This document shows, in pieces, positions 1 through 8,788 of a stretch of 64,000 nucleotides of DNA; the first letter of the stretch is position 1, and each line of letters begins with the position of its first letter. Source of the DNA: Candidatus Zixiibacteriota bacterium (GTDB lineage Bacteria > Zixibacteria > MSB-5A5 > UBA10806 > 4484-95); contig JBBIRK010000003.1 in assembly GCA_037441845.1 (NCBI GenBank), positions 256,001-320,000 of the forward strand. The letters run 5' to 3'. Position numbers and translations under genes: made by a program. Under the pieces are notes generated by a model, which was not told where the DNA came from, ran no database searches, and saw nothing but the letters and a program-made list of their open reading frames with translations.

Positions 1-132
1 CTTTATGACGAGGCGAAAGATCCGAAAGTCGTGATGGAGCATGGCCGACGGCTGTATTACGAGAAGGCGGCTTGGCGCGAATTGGCCAGAAGGATAGTCG
101 ATAGATCGATAAGGACAATCGAGCGGCGATGA
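1..132 (+). CDS. C-terminal end of an unidentified protein (5'-truncated)
   Basis: Frame 1 is open from base 1 (LYDEAKDPKVVMEHGRRLYYEKAAWRELARRIVDRSIRTIERR) to TGA at 130-132, overlapping the next ATG (ATGA coupling). Confidence 0.5.
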   Translation, partial: LYDEAKDPKVVMEHGRRLYYEKAAWRELARRIVDRSIRTIERR

Positions 133-569
133 TCATGGGTAATTTGAGCAAGAGACAAATCGATATCCAAACTACCGCGATCGATGCTCCGCGTCGAATC
201 ATGGTTATCAGCAAGGACCCGTTTTTGCAAGCGGTAATGTCCAAAATTTGCGTGCGCTATTTCGGCGGAGAGATCTATCGGGCCGCCACTCCCGAGAACC
301 TGGCCGAATTCAATCGTCTTGGTGGTTTCGATCTCATAATTATCGACCTGAACCTCCCCGGTCATTCCGCAGGAACGATCGTAAAACAATTACGAAAAGA
401 ACAACCATCGGTGCCGGTGATCGCCGTCGTCGGCGAAGACGATCACGAGGTTGATGAATTGAAACGGCTGGGAATATCGGATATCGCTTACCAGCCGATC
501 CGCGTGGCTGCTTTTCTCGAGGTTGCGGCTGGGGCCTTGATGCAAAAGCAGAATATATATATGAACTGA
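129..569 (+). CDS. Atypical single-domain response regulator receiver
   Basis: Receiver-like pattern LIIIDLNLPG...VPVIAV, but the acidic pocket reads SKD and the conserved Lys position reads YQP. Confidence 0.7.
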   Translation: MIMGNLSKRQIDIQTTAIDAPRRIMVISKDPFLQAVMSKICVRYFGGEIYRAATPENLAEFNRLGGFDLIIIDLNLPGHSAGTIVKQLRKEQPSVPVIAVVGEDDHEVDELKRLGISDIAYQPIRVAAFLEVAAGALMQKQNIYMN

Positions 570-586
570 CACTGCAAGGAGGCATC

Positions 587-1459
587 GTGCCCCGTACAAG
601 GAAAGTAGCACCGACATCCCAGATGGATGCGGAATTGGCTCTGCTTTACGATATCGGCAACCTGGTACAAAATTCCCCGCCATGCAGGGCCACTTTCGAG
701 GAATTGCTCAAGTTGGTGGGCCGGGAAATCGATTTTCGCGCGGCATCGCTTTATATCTTGTCTCCCGAAACAGGCAAATTGGAGGAGGCCGCCTCCGTGG
801 GGCGCACGGTCGATTTGATAGGGTTCGTGAAATTCGAAATGGGCATGGGTTTTTCCGCCTGGGTGGCCAAAGAAAGAAGGCCCATAATGCTGAATAATCT
901 TCGCAAAAGCATAGGCGGAACGGATATCAGATCGTTCTTATCCGTGCCGATGGTTTTGCAAGACGAACTGGTAGGAGTATTCAATCTTGCACACGATCAA
1001 CCCGATTCGTTCACCGAAAGGGATCTGCATCTAAGCGGCATAATCGCTATCGAAATCGGGGTATCCGTTGAACGCATGATTTTCGAGAGCAGGCTGGCAA
1101 AAAAGGAAGACGAGCTACGCGACTCCCGAGAGATGTTGAAATCGATCAAAGCCCATTATAGCGAGCTCGAAAGAAAACAGACGCAGGCGGATTCTTACTT
1201 CGTGATAAACGACGAAATCTCGAACTTGCTGGCGATTATCGCCGGTAACGCACAGTTCTTGATCATGACGATGAAAAATTCACATCCCTCGATATTGAAA
1301 CGCTTGAGGGCGATCGATGATGCCGCCACCTCGATCGCGCAGATGAACGAAAGAGCCCAATCCGTCCTGTCACCGTCGGCCGCCAAGGGCGACAATCGAG
1401 CCGAGATCCGCAATAATCCAAAGCTTAAAAATTTAGTAAAAATCGGACAGGATCGATGA
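587..1459 (+). CDS. GAF-domain protein with C-terminal HisKA/DHp-like helices lacking the phospho-His
   Basis: GAF (GFSAWVAKERRPIML...RSFLSVPM..VGVFNL..FTERDL), coiled coil, then INDEISNLLAIIAGNAQFL; no ATPase domain; SD AAGGAGG before GTG. Confidence 0.75.
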   Translation: MPRTRKVAPTSQMDAELALLYDIGNLVQNSPPCRATFEELLKLVGREIDFRAASLYILSPETGKLEEAASVGRTVDLIGFVKFEMGMGFSAWVAKERRPIMLNNLRKSIGGTDIRSFLSVPMVLQDELVGVFNLAHDQPDSFTERDLHLSGIIAIEIGVSVERMIFESRLAKKEDELRDSREMLKSIKAHYSELERKQTQADSYFVINDEISNLLAIIAGNAQFLIMTMKNSHPSILKRLRAIDDAATSIAQMNERAQSVLSPSAAKGDNRAEIRNNPKLKNLVKIGQDR

Positions 1460-3153
1460 TCGCGATGCTCGAAAGGATGATTGGCGAGAGTTCCCCGCCG
1501 GACCTCATAAGATCCGATCTCGAGGGGTATTTCGTAATGAATCGCGCCAGGAGGCCGGTTCATGCGGGCGGCCCGCTGCACCAATCGCCATCGTCCATCG
1601 ACGATTTGTTAAAAAGAATCCCTCAGATCGAGTATCATTTGGATAATCCCGATAAGCCCGGTGGATTTTATCAACTCCCGGAGTCCTTATCTGCCAAATC
1701 CGGAACTGTTTATATCGGGCCGCTGCCCGGCGGCGAGGAGTTCTTGATCGCTTGTTTCGATGGCGGACTGGAGGGCAGGCAAATCTCGAGAGTGCACTCC
1801 GGGATATACTTCTTGTCACTCATAGCGCAAACCATAAAGGCGTTCCATGACGCCGACGATCTGGAGGATATTCTGCGGATCGTCTTGACCGGTGTAACCG
1901 CCGGTGCCGGTCTCGGGTTCAATCGGGCCTTCGTGTTTCTCACCGAAATCATCGATTCCCGACTTTGTCTTGTCGGCAAACATGCCATAGGGCCGGCATC
2001 GCCAGAGGAAGCAGGACAAATCTGGGGGAAGTTATCGAGCGGCGAAATCACTCTCGAACAAATGTTCAACGATTTGTTACAGGAAAAGACAAGAGGAGAA
2101 TCACAGCTTAATCGATTGATCGACGGACTTATAATCGAACTTGATGGACGCGATAATCTGTTCGCCAAAGCGGCTCAGGAAAAGAAATCCATGCTTTTAG
2201 ATGAAACGGTCCTGCACGAACCTGCATACCGGGACTTTTGCGAGCGGCTCGGTTCGGGTCCTATGGCGTTCGTGCCGTTGGTCGGCAAGGAATCTCTTCA
2301 GGGGGTAATAATCGCCGATAACCATATAACCAAGAAGCCGATCGCCAAGACCGATCTTCAGCTGCTCGATATTTTCGCTCGCTACGCCAGCGATTCTATC
2401 GAAAAATTCAGGCTTTACGAAAGTCTCGAAAGCAAAATCAGAGACCTCGAAATGGCCAATCGGATGATCGTTATGAGCCGCGAAAATCTATTGAAGGCCG
2501 AAAGGCTTTCGGTTTTGGCGGAGATGGCCGGTCAGGTGGCCCATGAAATCCGAAACCCCCTGACGGTAATCGGTGGCTTCGCAAAATCGATGATTCGCAA
2601 AATGCCGGCAACGCATGAAAACTATGAAAATCTCAACACGATTATCGAACAGGTGGGAAGAATCGAAATAGCTCTGAACAGGTTCACCAGCCTCGTAAAT
2701 TATCAATCGAAAAACGATCAGTACTGCAACTTGGAAAATCTGATCGAGTCGACGATTCATCTTCGTACCGGAGATTGGACCGGACGTCGTATCGAAATTA
2801 TCGCAAAAGAGCCGATAATGATTTTGACGGATCCAGATTTGTTCCGGCAAGCCTTATTCTTGATTCTGCAGCAGGCGGGCGCGATAAACGAACACAAGGG
2901 TAAAATAACCTTGATCCTGGAAAGAGACGATAACAGAGCGATGGTGAGAATAGAATCGGAAAATGACGACGGTTCGTTCGCCGAAAGTTTGTATAGGAGT
3001 TTTACATCCGCGCAAAGTCTCGAATCCACCAGACGCCTGGCCGTCGCTCTCGAAATACTTAAATATTATCAAGGCAATGTCGGTCTCGAAACGAGCCGAT
3101 CGAATATCCCCCGATTTTATATAGAGATTCCCTGTCGCGAGGAGGTAGGATGA
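1456..3153 (+). CDS. GAF sensor histidine kinase-like protein (intact H-box, degenerate catalytic domain)
   Basis: GAF (GLGFNRAFVFL, FVPLVGKESLQGVIIADN), H-box VAHEIRNPLTVIGGFA; N/G1/G2 boxes not recognisable. Confidence 0.8.
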   Translation: MIAMLERMIGESSPPDLIRSDLEGYFVMNRARRPVHAGGPLHQSPSSIDDLLKRIPQIEYHLDNPDKPGGFYQLPESLSAKSGTVYIGPLPGGEEFLIACFDGGLEGRQISRVHSGIYFLSLIAQTIKAFHDADDLEDILRIVLTGVTAGAGLGFNRAFVFLTEIIDSRLCLVGKHAIGPASPEEAGQIWGKLSSGEITLEQMFNDLLQEKTRGESQLNRLIDGLIIELDGRDNLFAKAAQEKKSMLLDETVLHEPAYRDFCERLGSGPMAFVPLVGKESLQGVIIADNHITKKPIAKTDLQLLDIFARYASDSIEKFRLYESLESKIRDLEMANRMIVMSRENLLKAERLSVLAEMAGQVAHEIRNPLTVIGGFAKSMIRKMPATHENYENLNTIIEQVGRIEIALNRFTSLVNYQSKNDQYCNLENLIESTIHLRTGDWTGRRIEIIAKEPIMILTDPDLFRQALFLILQQAGAINEHKGKITLILERDDNRAMVRIESENDDGSFAESLYRSFTSAQSLESTRRLAVALEILKYYQGNVGLETSRSNIPRFYIEIPCREEVG

Positions 3154-3506
3154 AGACCATTATGATCGTTGATGACGAACCCGCGATACGCAAACTGTAT
3201 CAACGGGAGTTTTCGGAGGAAGGTTATCAGGTGCTGCTGGCGGCCTCAGGTGAAGAAGCGCTGCAAAAAATCAAAGATAAGAATGACCTTGATCTGGTCA
3301 TATTGGATATAAAGATGGAGGGAATGGATGGACTCGAGCTGCTCGACGAGTTAAGATCTCGATTCCGCGGCCTGCCGGTGATTCTCAATTCCGCCTACTC
3401 CACTTACAAGAATGATTTCACTTCATGGCTTGCCGATGCTTATATCGTGAAATCGGCCGATTTGACGGAACTTCGGGAAAAGGTACAGGAATTACTGGCG
3501 GTTTGA
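3150..3506 (+). CDS. Single-domain response regulator
   Basis: IVDDE, VILDIKM, ILNSAY, YIVKS; ATGA overlap with the kinase. Confidence 0.92.
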   Translation: MKTIMIVDDEPAIRKLYQREFSEEGYQVLLAASGEEALQKIKDKNDLDLVILDIKMEGMDGLELLDELRSRFRGLPVILNSAYSTYKNDFTSWLADAYIVKSADLTELREKVQELLAV

Positions 3507-3507
3507 A

Positions 3508-3867
3508 ATGAACGGCGACCAGGAACAGTTGATAAAAACGGTGGAAGCCGTATCCGAAAAGATTCAGATCCTCGCCCTGAATATAGCCGTAGCCGCGGCC
3601 AAAATGTCTTATCGGCAACAATTGACCGGCGAAGTCAATTCCAAATTGAGCCGATTGGTTCATCAGGCGACCCTGGCGGTGAAGAACATGAATCAAGTGA
3701 TCGACGCCGCCAGAATGAATATGACTTCGGGCAAGTTTCGGGAGGCAACCGCCGAAGAAGCCAAAATCGGGGAGGATCATGCCAGAAACATCGAGATCGC
3801 GCTGAAATCGATAATCGACGACAGCCAGAAAATCATGGAGATGCTGGCGAAAGTCAAGCAGCGGTGA
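3508..3867 (+). CDS. Small cytoplasmic protein resembling an MCP signalling hairpin
   Basis: ILALNIAVAAAK aligns with the MCP motif [12 protein letters not shown]; helical, no TM segment. Confidence 0.55.
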   Translation: MNGDQEQLIKTVEAVSEKIQILALNIAVAAAKMSYRQQLTGEVNSKLSRLVHQATLAVKNMNQVIDAARMNMTSGKFREATAEEAKIGEDHARNIEIALKSIIDDSQKIMEMLAKVKQR

Positions 3868-3870
3868 AGA

Positions 3871-4299
3871 ATGCAGGCGGCCATGAAGAAAAACGTTCTC
3901 ATAGTCGACGATGAACAGGACATTCTCGAGGTCATGACCGAGATGATCCGTTCGCTCGGTCTGGTGCCATATTGCGCCAGCAAGGCCGATGAGGCTATAG
4001 ACGAATTCAATTCCCGCAAATTCGATCTGGTGATAACTGATTTAATCATGCCGGATATGAGCGGTATCGAGCTCGCAAAGAGTATTTCCCGCAAACGAAA
4101 ATCGACTCCTATAATAATTACCGCCGGAGTCGATTTGAAAGAGACGGGGTTGGATATCTCGCGCTACGGCATAAACGATTTCGTCAAGAAGCCGTTCAAA
4201 ATCGACGAGGTTGAGGCTAAGATCAAGGCATTGCTGAAGTTTAAGTCGACCTCGAAGGCCTCCGCAAAAAGGGGGAAGACAGTCCGGGTGGTTACTTAA
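3871..4299 (+). CDS. Single-domain response regulator
   Basis: IVDDE, VITDLIMP, IITAG, VKKPF; alternative start at the second Met. Confidence 0.9.
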   Translation: MQAAMKKNVLIVDDEQDILEVMTEMIRSLGLVPYCASKADEAIDEFNSRKFDLVITDLIMPDMSGIELAKSISRKRKSTPIIITAGVDLKETGLDISRYGINDFVKKPFKIDEVEAKIKALLKFKSTSKASAKRGKTVRVVT

Positions 4300-4480
4300 C
4301 GAATAAAAAAAGTACAAAACCTCGGGTTGCCGCGTGTTTCAAGTCCATAAATAGGCTTAATATATCTTAAAATGCTACGATAATATCTTTAGGGCGAGGC
4401 AGCCGACCTGAACTATCGTTTGAAGCTGAAATCGCCTAAATGACGAATTATTTGATAACACCTCACTCTGGAGAAATTGG

Positions 4481-4891
4481 ATGAAGGAAAATATTCACAT
4501 TCTCGTGGTCGATGATGAGGCGATAATGCGCAATCTGCTCCTGAAAATCCTCGAACAGGAGGGTTATCAGGTGGCGCTGGCAAGTTCCTACAAAGAGGCG
4601 ATAGAAAGACTAACTACCGGACCTTGCGATTTGGTGTTGTCGGACGTGAAGATGCCGGAAAACAACGGTTTCGAATTGCTTAAGAAAATAAAAAGCGAAT
4701 GGCCCCAGATCGCGGTGATAATGATGACCGGCTATGGTGATGCTTATACGGTCAAGGAAGCGCTCATGCTCGGCGCCGATGAATATATCACCAAGCCGTT
4801 CAAAAGCCACGAAATATCGCTGATCGTCGAAAGGGCGTATTGGCGAATGCTGGCTGCTCGCGAGAAACAACAGGCGCTCAGCCGAACCTGA
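4481..4891 (+). CDS. Single-domain response regulator (NtrC-type receiver)
   Basis: VVDDE, LSDVKMP, MMTGYG, YITKPF; SD GGAG. Confidence 0.92.
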   Translation: MKENIHILVVDDEAIMRNLLLKILEQEGYQVALASSYKEAIERLTTGPCDLVLSDVKMPENNGFELLKKIKSEWPQIAVIMMTGYGDAYTVKEALMLGADEYITKPFKSHEISLIVERAYWRMLAAREKQQALSRT

Positions 4892-4895
4892 GTCA

Positions 4896-6338
4896 GTGAA
4901 GATCATGGTGCAGGCTACTCAACAAAAACCTGGCAGCAAGACCATTCTCGAAAAGAATTGGAAATTCGATATAGATATTTCAGCGGATAGGCTTTTCGCA
5001 CATCTGACTATCACCAAACCGGAAAGCGATGCAGAGTTCGAATTTTCGGCTGACGAGCTGGTGGCGATACTTAATCGTGCGGGCGTAACTCACGGAATCA
5101 AGACAGACCAAATTTCGAAAATCATCGATGCGGGGTTATTCGGCAAAAGAATGGAAATCGCCCGCGGGCGGCCGCCGTCACGGGGAAAAGATTCGGATTT
5201 CGAAACGCTGTTTCCAAAAGAGGTAAGTAAATCGCCGGTAGTAGGCCCCGACGGTTTGATTGACTATAAAAACCTCGGAATTATCCGAAACGCTAAGAAA
5301 GGTCAGCCGCTTGCTAGAAGAATTCCTCCCACAACCGGAGAGCCTGGGTTTACGATCGATGGAGAGGAAATTCCGGGTTTGCCCGGCAGGGAAAAAGCGT
5401 TGCCCAAAGGCAAGAATACCCAAGTTTCTCCGGACGACCCGAATGTCCTAATCGCCGCCGATGACGGCGCGATCCAATTCAGCAACGATATAATTTCTGT
5501 GGATAAAATCTATAAGATACTGGGTGATGTCGATATATCGACCGGCAACATAAATTATGTGGGCAATCTACAGATCGGCGGCGGAATCAAAGCCGGATTC
5601 AAAGTAATGGCCGAGGGCGATATTGAAATCGAGAAAAATATCGAGGATGCCGAAGTAGTCTCGGGGGGCTCGATAGTGGCCAAAGGCGGATTCGTCGGCT
5701 CGGGCAGCGGATTTATAAGAGCCAAGAACGATTTGATCATAAGGTTCGTCGAAAACGGAAATATCGAGGTCGGCAATGATATTCATATCTCCGGACAGGC
5801 GCTCAATTCAAACATATTCGCCGGAAATGCCATTTACTTGAAAGGGGCGAAGGCAATCATTCTCGGCGGGCAGGTGGGGGCGTTTAACCTCGTGGAAACC
5901 GATGTCATCGGTTCAGTTCTCGGCACTAAAACGATCGTCAGAGTCGGATTCAATCCCGCCATGATAAAAGAATTCCAACACTTGGAAAACGAGTGCAAGA
6001 GGTTAAAAGCGGATCAGGAAAGAATCAAACAAGCGATTTATTCTCTCACGAAACTCGAGATCGACAACAAACTGAATAAAGCCCAAGCGGAGTCGCTGGC
6101 GCAATTGAAAGCCGTCAGAAATGATTTGCCCAAGCAGATCGAGGAAATCGATCGGCGGAAGTCAGCCCTGTTTGCCAAAATAAACGATCATAAGAATGCC
6201 AAAATCGTCGTGCGCGGTACGGCATATCACGGAACTATCATTCAAATCGGTTTGCTGAAAAAAGAGCTCATTCAAGACGTAACCCGTTGCACCTTCAAGT
6301 CCGACGGCAATCAAATCGTGATGTTGACTCACTATTGA
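4896..6338 (+). CDS. FapA / DUF342 family flagellar assembly protein
   Basis: IARGRPP.RGKD, IDYKNLG, GDVDISTGNINYVG, beta-helix repeats and a C-terminal coiled coil typical of DUF342. Confidence 0.85.
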   Translation: MKIMVQATQQKPGSKTILEKNWKFDIDISADRLFAHLTITKPESDAEFEFSADELVAILNRAGVTHGIKTDQISKIIDAGLFGKRMEIARGRPPSRGKDSDFETLFPKEVSKSPVVGPDGLIDYKNLGIIRNAKKGQPLARRIPPTTGEPGFTIDGEEIPGLPGREKALPKGKNTQVSPDDPNVLIAADDGAIQFSNDIISVDKIYKILGDVDISTGNINYVGNLQIGGGIKAGFKVMAEGDIEIEKNIEDAEVVSGGSIVAKGGFVGSGSGFIRAKNDLIIRFVENGNIEVGNDIHISGQALNSNIFAGNAIYLKGAKAIILGGQVGAFNLVETDVIGSVLGTKTIVRVGFNPAMIKEFQHLENECKRLKADQERIKQAIYSLTKLEIDNKLNKAQAESLAQLKAVRNDLPKQIEEIDRRKSALFAKINDHKNAKIVVRGTAYHGTIIQIGLLKKELIQDVTRCTFKSDGNQIVMLTHY

Positions 6339-6478
6339 TTCTTGTTTATTCGTGCCATTTTCCCCGGAAACTTTTTCAACGGCTCCCTGAAATAATTTCC
6401 ATTGCATCACCGAATTTTGTTGAATAATCCTCGCCATCGAATCTGCGTCGATTAAGTCGAGCTCGATAGCCTGTAAAA

Positions 6479-6491
6479 TATCAACGGCTTA
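6479..6491 (+). promoter_or_regulatory. Putative IHF binding site
   Basis: TATCAACGGCTTA matches WATCAANNNNTTR, with an A-tract upstream, about 50 bp upstream of a sigma54 element. Confidence 0.5.
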
Positions 6492-6540
6492 GGGATGTGT
6501 TTTTCGATGAACGGTCATTTCGCCGGACTGATAATGCCGC

Positions 6541-6556
6541 GGGCATGACGTTTGCT
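6541..6556 (+). promoter_or_regulatory. Sigma54 (-24/-12) promoter of the flgF operon
   Basis: GGGCATGACGTTTGCT: GG(6542-43) and GC(6554-55) at canonical spacing, matching TGGCAC-N5-TTGCW. Confidence 0.7.
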
Positions 6557-6588
6557 TTGAGAAATTCGGGAAAATACCGGGAGGATAA

Positions 6589-7317
6589 ATGATCAAAGGG
6601 CTTTTTACGTCGGCCTCGGGAATGATTCCGCGAATCCTGAAGCAAGAAATCTATGCTAATAATTTGGCCAATGCCAATACGGTCGGTTACAAAAAGGACG
6701 GCGCATTCCTGCATCAATTGGAAAAAGCCGGCGGCGATTTAGTCACCGATATGGAATGGGAAGTGCCGATGATCGATGGTATCTTCGTGGATTTTTCCCA
6801 AGGACCTCCCCGACAGACGATGCAGCCGTTGGATGCGGCGATCGAAGGCGAAGGATTTTTCGTGGTTAAGACCCCCGGCGGCGATCGATTCACCCGCGAC
6901 GGCGAATTCAGGTTGGCCCCCGATAGAACTCTGATCAACAAAAACGGTCATCCGGTGCTCTCCGAAAGCGGACCGCTGACCATTCCGGGAGACGATATTT
7001 CGATCGCCCAGGACGGGACGATTTTTTCCGATGGTGCTCAGGTGGGAAAACTCAAGGTGGTAGATTTTCCTAAGCCATATGAACTGAGAAAATCGGAATT
7101 CGGCTATTTTTCGACGAAAGAGGAGGGAATTCAGCCCGCCAACGCCGAGGGATATTTAATCAGACAAGGATATGTCGAGGATTCCAACGTCAACATCGTA
7201 GAACAGATGGTCGATATGCTGGTTTCTTTCAGGGCTTATGAGGCAGGCCAGAAAGCTATCCAATCACAGGATGAAACTTTGGATAAAGCAGTAAATCAAT
7301 TGGGGCGCGTAAGATAA
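6589..7317 (+). CDS. flgF: Flagellar basal-body rod protein FlgF
   Basis: ANNLANANTVGYKKD, FTRDGEF, EDSNVNIVEQMV; precedes flgG. Confidence 0.88.
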   Translation: MIKGLFTSASGMIPRILKQEIYANNLANANTVGYKKDGAFLHQLEKAGGDLVTDMEWEVPMIDGIFVDFSQGPPRQTMQPLDAAIEGEGFFVVKTPGGDRFTRDGEFRLAPDRTLINKNGHPVLSESGPLTIPGDDISIAQDGTIFSDGAQVGKLKVVDFPKPYELRKSEFGYFSTKEEGIQPANAEGYLIRQGYVEDSNVNIVEQMVDMLVSFRAYEAGQKAIQSQDETLDKAVNQLGRVR

Positions 7318-7327
7318 GGGGAATCAT

Positions 7328-8116
7328 ATGATTAAGGCTATGCGCACGGCTGCTGCGGGAATGAGCAGTCAACAAATGAACGTTGACGTAATCGCCAACA
7401 ACCTGGCCAATGTCAATACCACCGGTTTCAAAAAATCGAGCATCGAGTTCCAAGACGTGCTTTATCAGCGATTACGGGCGGCCGGATCGGAATCGGCGGC
7501 AGGATCGATTGTGCCGATCGACCTCGAAGTCGGATACGGCACCAGGCCGGTGGCCACGCAACGGTCGTTCACCATGGGTCAACTTCAGATGACCGGCAAT
7601 CCGCTTGATTTCGCTATCGAAGGCAACGGCTTTTTCCAGGTTCAGCTTCCCGACGGAACCATAGGTTATACGCGCGACGGGTCATTCAAATTGTCTGCCG
7701 ACGGCCAAATCGTCTCTTCCGATGGTTTCTTTTTCGTGCCCAATATAACGATACCGGCCGAGGCATCCGATATCACCGTATCCACCGACGGTGTCGTAAC
7801 GGTTCTCGTTCAGGGTTCGTCGGAGCCGCAGGAAATCGGCCAAATTGAACTGGCAAGGTTCGTAAATCCGGAGGGGCTCCAGGCGATCGGCCATAATCTA
7901 TTTATTCAATCTGTCGCCTCCGGCCAGCCGATCGTCGGCACTCCTTCGCTGGAGGGATTCGGACGGATCAGCCAGGGTTCGCTGGAAATGTCCAACGTCG
8001 AGATTGTCGAGGAAATGGTCAATATGATAATCGCCCAACGGGCGTATGAAATAAATTCGAAGGCAATTCAGACATCGGAAGAGATGTCGCAAGTTGCCAA
8101 TAATCTGAAACGGTAA
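7328..8116 (+). CDS. flgG: Flagellar distal rod protein FlgG
   Basis: IANNLANVNTTGFKK..IEFQDVLYQ, YTRDGSFK, LEMSNVEIVEEMVNMIIAQRAYEINSK; 262 aa. Confidence 0.97.
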   Translation: MIKAMRTAAAGMSSQQMNVDVIANNLANVNTTGFKKSSIEFQDVLYQRLRAAGSESAAGSIVPIDLEVGYGTRPVATQRSFTMGQLQMTGNPLDFAIEGNGFFQVQLPDGTIGYTRDGSFKLSADGQIVSSDGFFFVPNITIPAEASDITVSTDGVVTVLVQGSSEPQEIGQIELARFVNPEGLQAIGHNLFIQSVASGQPIVGTPSLEGFGRISQGSLEMSNVEIVEEMVNMIIAQRAYEINSKAIQTSEEMSQVANNLKR

Positions 8117-8120
8117 GCCG

Positions 8121-8780
8121 ATGATAGTCCATTTGCTGGCGCTGGCGATCATAGCCGCAAACCCAACCGATAAAATTCGACAGGCCGTCCAGGACTATTT
8201 GAACCGGCATTACGCCGCTGAAGGGGCGGAGTATTTATGTGAAACAGGACGCTTGAATACGCCGGCCGGTTTCACCGAATTCGACAGCGTGGCGGTACTC
8301 GGCATGGGCAAAGATTCCCCTCTGGGCAAGACCATTTTCAATATCGGTTTGGTCAAATCCGGAGAATTGATTAAAACGACTTCCGTAGTCGTCGATATAA
8401 GCTCGATTCAAAACGTGGTCGTGGCCGGAGCGAATATCAGCCCCGGCGCCCCTGTCACCAGCGCCGAAATCTCCAGAAGGGCGATCAAAAACGACGATCG
8501 TCGTCCGTTGAGCGACTTGAAGTCGCTTGAGGGAAAACAAGCTCGTGTTCAAATCCAATCAGGCAGCGTTATTTATGAAGATATGCTCGAAAATAAGCCG
8601 CTGGTGAACGTCGGTGATAAGGTGACAATCCTATTGAATCGAGGTCAGATAAAAATAGAAGCCTCCGGCATAGCCAGGCAAAAGGGCGGCAAAGGCGATC
8701 TGATTCGAGTCAGCAACAGTGACAGCCGGAAAATTATCGTCGCCGAAGTCGTGGATTCGCTGGTGGTGGCTTGCAAATAG
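8121..8780 (+). CDS. flgA: P-ring formation chaperone FlgA
   Basis: Signal peptide, SAF-like C-terminus (PLVNVGDKV...G.ARQKG.KGDLIRVSN.DS.KII); between flgG and flgH. Confidence 0.85.
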   Translation: MIVHLLALAIIAANPTDKIRQAVQDYLNRHYAAEGAEYLCETGRLNTPAGFTEFDSVAVLGMGKDSPLGKTIFNIGLVKSGELIKTTSVVVDISSIQNVVVAGANISPGAPVTSAEISRRAIKNDDRRPLSDLKSLEGKQARVQIQSGSVIYEDMLENKPLVNVGDKVTILLNRGQIKIEASGIARQKGGKGDLIRVSNSDSRKIIVAEVVDSLVVACK

Positions 8781-8788
8781 GAGGATGG

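Noticed and set aside
4388..4440. Fluoride riboswitch reading of the leader stem
   Set aside because: Lacks the GAUG and UGAUGAC core; gene context does not fit
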